A DNA stretch of 64,000 nt from Bacteroidales bacterium (GTDB lineage: Bacteria; Bacteroidota; Bacteroidia; Bacteroidales; UBA932): positions 3,344-67,343 of the forward strand of contig SFMU01000002.1 of NCBI GenBank assembly GCA_004552965.1, given 5' to 3'. The stretch's first letter is position 1; the number at the start of each line of letters is the position of its first letter. Below, one piece after another: positions 39,523 through 46,817 of this stretch. The translations under genes and the position numbers were made by a program. A model generated the notes under the pieces. That model saw only the letters and a list, made by a program, of their open reading frames with translations. It ran no database searches and was not told the origin of the DNA.

Positions 39523-40509
39523 TTGAACAGAATAATATCTTTTGTCAAGGAATGGATGCTCGTCATAGCCATGTTGACGGGCGTCCTTCTGTATGCGGTC
39601 TATCATGAACTTCCTGTCCTTCATCATCTGGGCCAGGATGCCCTCCGGGCAGTGAAGTTCGTTCAGCCGGTACTCATTTTCGTCATGCTCTTCCTGAGCT
39701 TCTGCAGGATTGCTCCCAAGGATCTCCGCCTTCACCGTTGGCAGTTCCTGCTCCTGCTTATCCAGGGGCTGTCCTTCATCCTCCTTGCCCTGCCTGTCGT
39801 CTGGGCAGCCTCACATTCCGGAGCATTCGCCTCCTTCATCACATCGGCAAGGATTCCGCTTGAAGCAGCTATGCTCTGCCTGATATGCCCGACTGCGACC
39901 GCCTGTGCCGTGGTCGTGCGCAAGCTGGGAGGTGACATGGCTCAGTGCGTGACCTACACCATCCTTATCAACATCATGGTCGCGATTCTGGTGCCTGCAG
40001 TGATTCCGTTCCTTTACAGGGACGGCGGGATCTCATTCATGGCAGCCTTCCTCACGATTATGGCCAAAGTGTTCCCGCTTCTGATACTGCCCTGTCTTGC
40101 AGCCTGGCTGGTCAGATTTCTGCTGCCCCGGTTCCATGCTTTCCTGACAGGCCTTACCGACCTGGCATTCTACATCTGGGCGGTGTCCCTGACCCTTGCC
40201 ATCATGATGAGTACCAGGGCGATTTACCATTTCGGAGGAAGCCTTTGGCTTCTCGCCGCCATTGCGGCCGCCTCGCTTCTGAGCTGCATCTTCCAGTTCT
40301 GGGCAGGCAGGAAGATCGGACGCAGATACGGAAAGGAAGAAGAAATCACCATGGGGCAGTCCCTCGGACAGAAGAACACGGTGTTCGCAATCTGGATGGG
40401 GTACACTTTTATGGAGCCTATCGTGTCAGTCGCAGGCGGCTTCTACAGCATCTGGCACAATCTCTACAATTCCTGGCAGTTGCACAGGCAGCTACATCAG
40501 AAGACTTGA
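39523..40509 (+). CDS. Bile acid:sodium symporter-like membrane transporter
   Basis: About 9-10 TM segments; CPTATA..V...LGG, GQKNT motifs; TTG start uncertain. Confidence 0.75.
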   Translation: MNRIISFVKEWMLVIAMLTGVLLYAVYHELPVLHHLGQDALRAVKFVQPVLIFVMLFLSFCRIAPKDLRLHRWQFLLLLIQGLSFILLALPVVWAASHSGAFASFITSARIPLEAAMLCLICPTATACAVVVRKLGGDMAQCVTYTILINIMVAILVPAVIPFLYRDGGISFMAAFLTIMAKVFPLLILPCLAAWLVRFLLPRFHAFLTGLTDLAFYIWAVSLTLAIMMSTRAIYHFGGSLWLLAAIAAASLLSCIFQFWAGRKIGRRYGKEEEITMGQSLGQKNTVFAIWMGYTFMEPIVSVAGGFYSIWHNLYNSWQLHRQLHQKT

Positions 40510-41052
40510 GATGTCACTTCCTTCCTCCATGGCCTGGCGGATGAGAGTGGATGAGACATTGACCATCGGAGCATCCGCCAGGGTGATCCTGTAGCGGCCC
40601 TGCCCTTCGGCTTCCAGGCTCTCCTTTGCGGCTTCAGCATCGTATCCTTCCCGAGGAAACACGATGACACCGAATTCGGAAAGGATTCTTCCGTAGTCTT
40701 TCCATTCCCTGAAGCAGACCAGGTTGTCCGCGCCGATCACCAGGCTGAATTCGTTGCCCGGCTCCCTTTCTCGCAGAGCCTCGAGAGTCCTGACCGAATA
40801 ATGCGGAGGAGGCATGTGCATCTCGATGTCATCGATCCTTACCCTCAGTTCGGGGTGGCGGGCAACTGCCTTGCGGGCTGCTTCCAGCCGCTCCGGGGCC
40901 GAGCTTCCGTCTATCGAATCCTTCAGCGGATTCTTTGGAGACACGACCAGGTACACGGAATCGAAATCCTCGTTCTGCGTCAGATGGCGCATGATGGCAA
41001 GGTGACCGATGTGCAGAGGATTGAAGGATCCGGAATAGACAGCGACTTTCAC
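40492..41052 (-). CDS. nadD: Nicotinate-nucleotide adenylyltransferase
   Basis: SGSFNPLHIGH, VSPKNPLK, IGADN, WKDY, VSSTLIR; GTG start. Confidence 0.95.
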   Translation of the reverse strand: MKVAVYSGSFNPLHIGHLAIMRHLTQNEDFDSVYLVVSPKNPLKDSIDGSSAPERLEAARKAVARHPELRVRIDDIEMHMPPPHYSVRTLEALREREPGNEFSLVIGADNLVCFREWKDYGRILSEFGVIVFPREGYDAEAAKESLEAEGQGRYRITLADAPMVNVSSTLIRQAMEEGSDISSLLM

Positions 41053-41058
41053 GGGATG

Positions 41059-41655
41059 CTAGATGAATGTTGAATAGTTCAGCCTGCCGTCATCGAGAAA
41101 ATCCTCGACAACTTTCTCGACCTCTCCGAAAGCGGTGGCGAGGTCGTCATTTATCAGGACATAGTCGAATTGCGGGGCATATTCCATCTCCTGCGAAGCT
41201 TTTTCGACCCTCTCTGCAATCGCCTCAGGACTGTCTGTACCCCTTTTGACGAGACGTTGCCGGAGAGTCTCGACGGAAGGAGCCTTTATGAATATGGACA
41301 AGGCCTTCTCCCCGAAATATTTCTTGAGATTGACACCTCCCTTGACATCCACATCGAATATGATGACGTGCCCTGCCGCCCAGATCCTCTCCACTTCCGA
41401 CTTCAGGGTGCCGTAGAAATGGTCCTTGTAGACTTCTTCATATTCGACGAAACTGTCCTCGGAGATGAGTCTGCGGAACTCGTCAGGGGAGACGAAATGG
41501 TACTCCCTGCCGTTCTGCTCCGTGCCTCGCGGGGCTCTGGAAGTTGCCGAAATCGAGAACTCCATCGTGTCTTTCCAGATTCCGAGAATGTGGCCTACTA
41601 TCGTGCTTTTCCCTGCGCCGGAGGGGGCGGAGAATATCAAAACCTTGTTATCCAT
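41059..41655 (-). CDS. gmk: Guanylate kinase
   Basis: SAPSGAGKST, SATSRAPR, YGTLKSEV, DVDVKG; ATG at 41655. Confidence 0.97.
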   Translation of the reverse strand: MDNKVLIFSAPSGAGKSTIVGHILGIWKDTMEFSISATSRAPRGTEQNGREYHFVSPDEFRRLISEDSFVEYEEVYKDHFYGTLKSEVERIWAAGHVIIFDVDVKGGVNLKKYFGEKALSIFIKAPSVETLRQRLVKRGTDSPEAIAERVEKASQEMEYAPQFDYVLINDDLATAFGEVEKVVEDFLDDGRLNYSTFI

Positions 41656-41707
41656 TATTTCTGATGTATTTACCACAAAAATAACTATTTTTGTCCAATG
41701 CGACACA

Positions 41708-41980
41708 ATGGAAGTCGTACTCACACCTCAAAAACGAACCATTTTGGCCAGAAAGAGAAAAAAGAGTGCCCAAGCCCCTGCAGCCGACTACATCGCCAGG
41801 CAGAAGTCAGCTCTGGTCCGCAGACACAGGCAGGTCATCTATCTGAATGACAAAGAAAAAGCTGCAGTCGAAGAATACTGCAGCCGTTTCGGTGTCAAAT
41901 GTGTCTCCACCATTTTCCGTGAGGCGACGATGGAGAGGATCCTCTCCCAGCTCGACGAGTGTCCTCCTAGTCTCTTCTAG
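41708..41980 (+). CDS. Small basic hypothetical protein, possible ribbon-helix-helix fold
   Basis: 90 aa; RQVIYLNDKEKAAVEEYCSRFGVKCVSTIFREA strand-helix-helix pattern; divergent from gmk with TATTTTTG element. Confidence 0.65.
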   Translation: MEVVLTPQKRTILARKRKKSAQAPAADYIARQKSALVRRHRQVIYLNDKEKAAVEEYCSRFGVKCVSTIFREATMERILSQLDECPPSLF

Positions 41981-42647
41981 ACATTGCTATCGAGATGTAG
42001 TAAAGAAGGGTTCCGAGCGAACTGATTGCAGCAATCACGTACGTGCCTGCTGCCCACATCAGGGCTTCGCTGGCCATCGGCTTCGTCTCGTATGTCGTGA
42101 TCCCTGCATTTTCAAGCCAGGCGACAGCCCTCCGGCTCGCGTTGATTTCAACCGGCAGGGTAATGAAGCTGAACAGGGTTGTCAGGGCGAACAGAGCGAT
42201 ACCGGCCCACAGCAGGGCAGGGGTTATCGCGATGAGGAGAACACCGAGGAGAAGCACCCACTGCACAGTGTTGCTGGCGAAACTGACGATCGGGACAAGG
42301 GCAGAGCGCATTTTCAGCGGCGCATAACCTTTCGCATGCTGGATGACGTGCCCGCATTCATGTGCGGCGACTGCAGCTGCGGCAATGTTTCTCTGGCCGT
42401 AAACGGCTTCGCTCAGGTTGACCGTCTTTGTCGATGGATTGTAGTGGTCGGTCAGGGTGCCCGGGACGCAGGTCACTTCAACGTCGTGTATCCCATTGTC
42501 TGCAAGCATCTTGCGGGCGATTTCAGCTCCGCTGAGATTGATCCCCACTTTCGAATATCTGTTGAATCTGCTCTTCAGCATCTGCTGGATGATAAGACTC
42601 AGTATCATTGCCCCTATCAGAAGGAGCCAGATTGTTCTCGTACTCAT
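41967..42647 (-). CDS. Membrane zinc metallopeptidase (Zn_peptidase_2/YugP-like)
   Basis: LTDHYNP, AAHECGH, TLPVE.NASRRA, AA.TYV. Confidence 0.9.
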   Translation of the reverse strand: MSTRTIWLLLIGAMILSLIIQQMLKSRFNRYSKVGINLSGAEIARKMLADNGIHDVEVTCVPGTLTDHYNPSTKTVNLSEAVYGQRNIAAAAVAAHECGHVIQHAKGYAPLKMRSALVPIVSFASNTVQWVLLLGVLLIAITPALLWAGIALFALTTLFSFITLPVEINASRRAVAWLENAGITTYETKPMASEALMWAAGTYVIAAISSLGTLLYYISIAMSRRD

Positions 42648-42682
42648 TTTTCTATTATGTTAGATTCTTGCCATTCTTATTA

Positions 42683-42733
42683 TCAATTTGCGGACCATAC
42701 GCATAAAGGAGTCGAATCCTGAAAAATTGTCAG
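42683..42733 (-). promoter_or_regulatory. Putative sigma54-like promoter (42683-42697) and 15-bp palindrome (42719-42733) upstream of the Zn peptidase
   Basis: Minus strand TGGTCCGCAAATTGA and CTGACAATTTTTCAG. Confidence 0.45.
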
Positions 42734-42840
42734 CCGAATATCAGAGAAATACTGTAAATTTGCAAATGCTGAAGCAAAATGTTTGCAAACTTGCGAAACT
42801 CAAATTTCGTAAATTGTTCCGAATATAGTCGCAAAAGATA

Positions 42841-43959
42841 ATGTCAAACCGCGAAACAGATTTCTCAAGGCTCGAGCTGGATCTTCCCAATTGCCTTGAC
42901 AACTACAGGTATTTCAGGTCGAAGCTTGAACGCTCCACCCGGATGCTGGTGCTCGTCAAGGCCAATGCCTATGGGCATGGCGCAGTGGAGTTCGCCTCGA
43001 TGATGCAGAACGCGGGGGCTGACTATCTGGCAGTTGCTCTGCCGCTGGAGGGAGTCGAATTGCGCCAGGCCGGCATCAGTCTGCCGATTCTGGTCCTTAC
43101 GGCAGGAATGGATTTCTTCGATGAGATAGTGGACAACCGTCTCGAACCGGGCATCCCGAACCTGCCTACTCTCCTTGCCCTTGAGAAAGTCCTCGCAGAA
43201 AGAGGATTGAAGGACTATCCGGTCCACATAAAGCTTGACACCGGAATGCACCGTCTTGGCTTCATGACACATGAGCTCGACGCCCTGCTCGCCCATCTGA
43301 GTTCGACGGATCTGGTCAAGGTGCAGTCGGTATATTCACATCTGTGTGTCGCCGAGGATCCGGCGATGGATGATTTCACCCGCGGACAGATCAGGATGTT
43401 CGAGGAGAATGCCGCCAGGATCGAAGACGCCATAGGCTACCATCCGATACTGCATATTCTCAATTCCGCCGGAATCGAGCGGTTTACCTGGGCGCAGCAT
43501 GACATGGTCCGTCTCGGTGTGGGAATATACGGAATCAGTGCCCTGCCTGATGTGAAACTCAAAAGCGTTGCCTCCCTCAAGGTCAAGATACTTCAGGTCA
43601 AGGAACTGCATCCGGGTGATGGGGCCATCGGTTACGGTCAGCACGGCCGGATTGCTCCGGAGGGTACCCGGATCGCCACAATCCCTGTCGGCTATGCTGA
43701 CGGAATAGACAGACGTCTGGGCTGTGGGAAAGTCAGCTTCCTGCTCAACGGTCACAGGGTGCCGACCATAGGGAACATCTGCATGGACATGTGCATGGTA
43801 GACGTCACCGGCGTAGACTGCAGGGTGGGGGACACTGTCACGATTTTCGGGGAAGAGCCTTCGGTCACCGAGATTGCAGACATTCTCGGCACGATACCGT
43901 ATGAGATAATGACATCGGTACCGCGCCGCATAGAAAGAGTCATCGTCAGAAAGAAATGA
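42841..43959 (+). CDS. alr: Alanine racemase
   Basis: VKANAYGHG, HIKLDTGMHRLG, IGYG, GYADG, ICMDM, TIPYEI. Confidence 0.95.
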   Translation: MSNRETDFSRLELDLPNCLDNYRYFRSKLERSTRMLVLVKANAYGHGAVEFASMMQNAGADYLAVALPLEGVELRQAGISLPILVLTAGMDFFDEIVDNRLEPGIPNLPTLLALEKVLAERGLKDYPVHIKLDTGMHRLGFMTHELDALLAHLSSTDLVKVQSVYSHLCVAEDPAMDDFTRGQIRMFEENAARIEDAIGYHPILHILNSAGIERFTWAQHDMVRLGVGIYGISALPDVKLKSVASLKVKILQVKELHPGDGAIGYGQHGRIAPEGTRIATIPVGYADGIDRRLGCGKVSFLLNGHRVPTIGNICMDMCMVDVTGVDCRVGDTVTIFGEEPSVTEIADILGTIPYEIMTSVPRRIERVIVRKK

Positions 43960-43969
43960 CCGGAAAGGG

Positions 43970-44545
43970 TCAGATCTTCAGACCTTCCCTTACTTCTTCT
44001 GCCGTCTCCGGGCCTTTGACATGGGCCAGGATGCTTAATCCGAATCTTATAGCGCAGCCGGGACCTCTTCCGGTGATCAGATTGCCGTCAATCACGGCAG
44101 CTTCTCTGACCAGAATCCCGCCATTGGCCAGTGCCGGGCCTTCGCAGCCGTCGTAGCAGGTGAACTTCTTGCCTTCGAAGCCAGGAAGCTGGGAGGCAAC
44201 ATAGCCGGGAGCCGCACAGATGGCCGCAACTGTTCCTCCATCGGTATAGTGCTCTTTCATCAGGTTCATGAGTTCCTCGTCACCGGCCAGATTCCTGGTG
44301 CCGGGCATGCCTCCCGGAAAGACCATCACGTCCCTGCTGTCAGTACCTTCCTTGCGGATGAGATTCAGGAAACCTGCCCGGTCCGTATCGGCCTTCACGG
44401 TGAGTCCGTGTGCACCGGTGACTTCTCTTCCTCCGGCGACCGACACCAGTACGGCATCGATCCCTCCTCTCCTGAGGACATCCCATGTGGCGATTGCTTC
44501 AGTCTCCTCAAAGCCTTCGGCCAGAAAAATGAATACTCCTTTCAT
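43970..44545 (-). CDS. DJ-1/PfpI (YajL/ThiJ) family protein
   Basis: GFEETEA, PGGMPG..NL, AICAAP, ITGRGPG; ATG at 44545. Confidence 0.92.
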   Translation of the reverse strand: MKGVFIFLAEGFEETEAIATWDVLRRGGIDAVLVSVAGGREVTGAHGLTVKADTDRAGFLNLIRKEGTDSRDVMVFPGGMPGTRNLAGDEELMNLMKEHYTDGGTVAAICAAPGYVASQLPGFEGKKFTCYDGCEGPALANGGILVREAAVIDGNLITGRGPGCAIRFGLSILAHVKGPETAEEVREGLKI

Positions 44546-44630
44546 AGCTTCTTTTGTTGTCTTGTGCAAGCCTGACAGATGAAATGACTTGCAGAATATT
44601 CAGAAATATAATAACTTTGCAATATTGGAC

Positions 44631-44701
44631 TGAGGTATGGTGTAATGGTAGCACTACAGATTTTGGTTCTGTCTGTGGAGGTTCGAATCCCCCTATCTCA
44701 A
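44631..44701 (+). tRNA. tRNA-Gln(TTG)
   Basis: Acceptor TGAGGTA/TATCTCA, anticodon arm ACAGA-TTTTGGT-TCTGT, T loop TTCGAAT; TAACTTTG element upstream. Confidence 0.95.
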
Positions 44702-44709
44702 CTTTCTGC

Positions 44710-44733
44710 AAGCCGGCCTTGAGCCGGCTTTTT
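44710..44733 (+). terminator. Terminator after tRNA-Gln
   Basis: AAGCCGGC-CTTGA-GCCGGCTT followed by T-run. Confidence 0.8.
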
Positions 44734-44747
44734 CCGTACCCGGGCCA

Positions 44748-45185
44748 TCAGTTTCTCTTGCCCGCAAAGAAATCCTTCATCAGCGTCGAACACTCTTCGG
44801 TGAGGACACCGCTGCGGACCTCGGTCCTGGGATGGAGCAGGCTGGGGGAGAACAAGGAATAGCCTCTCTTCGGATCCGCCGCTCCGAAGACAATCCTGCC
44901 GGCCTGCGCCCAGCTGAGGGCGGAGGCGCACATGGGACAAGGCTCCACGGTGACATACAGTGTGCAGTCGGTCAGGTATTTGCCACCAAGTGCCTCTGTC
45001 GCTGCCGTGATGGCGATCATCTCGGCGTGGGCGGTGGGGTCGTGAAGCGTCTCGGTCATGTTGTGCCCCTTTCCGATGATCCTGCCCTTGCAGACCACAA
45101 CGGCTCCTACCGGGATTTCATCCTCGTTGAAGGCCGCTCTGGCCTCTTTCAGAGCCTCGAGCATGTATTTTTCATCGATGTCCAT
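44748..45185 (-). CDS. tadA: tRNA adenosine deaminase family
   Basis: EIPVGAV, DPTAHAE, YVTVEPCPMC; ATG at 45185. Confidence 0.9.
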   Translation of the reverse strand: MDIDEKYMLEALKEARAAFNEDEIPVGAVVVCKGRIIGKGHNMTETLHDPTAHAEMIAITAATEALGGKYLTDCTLYVTVEPCPMCASALSWAQAGRIVFGAADPKRGYSLFSPSLLHPRTEVRSGVLTEECSTLMKDFFAGKRN

Positions 45186-45201
45186 AGAGTCGTCAGGATA
45201 C

Positions 45202-45230
45202 AAAAAAAGGCAGGCCGCTGCAGACCTGCC
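45202..45230 (-). terminator. Terminator after rpmH
   Basis: GGCAGG...CCTGCC stem followed by T7 on the minus strand. Confidence 0.7.
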
Positions 45231-45249
45231 GTAAGAGTCATTTGGCTGA

Positions 45250-45402
45250 CTACCACCTGTCCTCAGATGATACGGTCAACTTCTTGCGGCCATGACGGCG
45301 GCGGGAAGCGAGTACGCGACGGCCGTTGGCTGAAGCCATTCTCTCACGGAAACCGTGCTTGTTCACACGCTTGCGTCTTGAAGGTTGGAATGTTCTTTTC
45401 AT
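45250..45402 (-). CDS. rpmH: 50S ribosomal protein L34, 50 aa
   Basis: Manual translation [50 protein letters not shown]. Confidence 0.97.
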   Translation of the reverse strand: MKRTFQPSRRKRVNKHGFRERMASANGRRVLASRRRHGRKKLTVSSEDRW

Positions 45403-45537
45403 ATCTGTTATCTTTTAATTATCCAAAGTGATTGTCCAAAAGGGAATGCAAAAATAAGCTTTTTGCCTGAAATAGCAAAATAATTCCGGTGAAAAATCCA
45501 AAATATCCCTGCGAAAGTGTCAGATTTCTAGGAATAT

Positions 45538-46215
45538 TCATCTGCGGGCCGCTATGTCGACAACGAATTTTCCGGCAAAATACTCATCGTCGAGCCAGCT
45601 GTCGACCTTCCAGGTGGAAACGCTGCCTGCAGGCATTCTCTCCTTTCCCATCAGTTTTGCAATCTCCTCTGCAATGTCCCCTCCCTTGAGATAGAGGACA
45701 CTTCTGCCGAAACAGCCCCTGACCCAGGGGTAGAAATCCGTCAGGGAAGCCACGGCACGCGAAACCACATAATCGAATCTGATTCCAAGAGATTCGGCCC
45801 GTGCATTGACCACTTCGACGTTTTCCAGTCCCAGATGCTTTGCAACCGCTTCGGCCACTATGGTCTTTTTCCTTATGGAGTCGCAAAGGACGAATCTGAC
45901 CTCCGGGAACATCACCGCGAGGGGGATGCCCGGAAAGCCGCCTCCGGTCCCCAGATCCAGCACCTTCAGCCCATTGTCGGGGAGGGTCATTTCTGAATAT
46001 TCAGTCAGCTTCCTCTCCCTCAGGTATCTCGCGATCGCCAGGGAGTGGAGGACGTGGTGGGAATATATCCCGTCCAGGTCCTTTCTCGAGATGACATTGA
46101 TCTTGGCATTCCAGTCCCTGTAGACCTCCTCCATCATCCCGAACTGTTCCAGCTGCTTTCCGCTCACTTCCGGGAAGGCCTCTCTGACAGTATTCTTGAA
46201 ATCATTGAAATTCAT
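45538..46215 (-). CDS. rsmG: 16S rRNA (G527-N7)-methyltransferase
   Basis: WNAKINVISR, HVLHSL, LDLGTGGGFPGIPLA, VSRAV, YLKGG; ATG at 46215. Confidence 0.95.
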   Translation of the reverse strand: MNFNDFKNTVREAFPEVSGKQLEQFGMMEEVYRDWNAKINVISRKDLDGIYSHHVLHSLAIARYLRERKLTEYSEMTLPDNGLKVLDLGTGGGFPGIPLAVMFPEVRFVLCDSIRKKTIVAEAVAKHLGLENVEVVNARAESLGIRFDYVVSRAVASLTDFYPWVRGCFGRSVLYLKGGDIAEEIAKLMGKERMPAGSVSTWKVDSWLDDEYFAGKFVVDIAARR

Positions 46216-46817
46216 AGCGATTCCTTTTCGTCTTCTTTCCTCATCTTGTCTATCAGTTCCTTCGCCCTGCTTATCCTTGTCTTGACCGTGTTCAGATTGA
46301 TGTCCATGCATTCGGCGATTTCATTGTATTTCATCCCCTCCAGCATCCTCTTGCCCGCGACCTCGCGGTAGAGCCCCGGAAGACGGTTGATATATTCGGT
46401 CTTCTCCTCCTCATTCTCATTGTGGATGAGGTTCTCCAGAGCATTCACCTCCTGGTCCGGGATGCTGTTCATGTTGCTGGAGACTGAATCGTCGTCGATC
46501 GATACATACTGGTTCTTCGGATGGATTTTGCTTTCGTGCTTGAGACAATCCAGCGCAGTGTTCTTCCCGATTGTGCAAAGCCAGGTCAGAAAGCTGCCTT
46601 TTGTGTGGTCGTAGCTGCTGATCTGGCGGAATGCCTTTTCGAAGGTCCTCGAACAGATGTCATCGACATTATACTCGTCGAGACTTGGAAATGAACTCTT
46701 CAGAAAAGCCGTCAGCTGGTTGATATGTCTGTCCCACAATGCGGTGAATGCCAGACCGTTGCCGTCTGTAGCCAGAATCGTGAGCTCATCAATGGGCTTC
46801 AAGCCAGTTGTTTCCAT
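46212..46817 (-). CDS. ECF-type RNA polymerase sigma factor
   Basis: Region 2 DDIC..TFEKAF..F.TWL.TI.KN.ALD; region 4 KYNEIAE.M.INLNTVKTRISRAK. Confidence 0.9.
   Translation of the reverse strand: METTGLKPIDELTILATDGNGLAFTALWDRHINQLTAFLKSSFPSLDEYNVDDICSRTFEKAFRQISSYDHTKGSFLTWLCTIGKNTALDCLKHESKIHPKNQYVSIDDDSVSSNMNSIPDQEVNALENLIHNENEEEKTEYINRLPGLYREVAGKRMLEGMKYNEIAECMDINLNTVKTRISRAKELIDKMRKEDEKESL

Noticed and set aside
39517..39525. In-frame potD TAG followed by the transporter ORF (possible readthrough)
   Set aside because: PotD ends in a normal basic stop-transfer tail; same frame occurs one time in three by chance
42841..43959. alr as a broken remnant of a MurF-Alr fusion
   Set aside because: Full-length racemase with both catalytic motifs and its own promoter region; no murF fragment upstream
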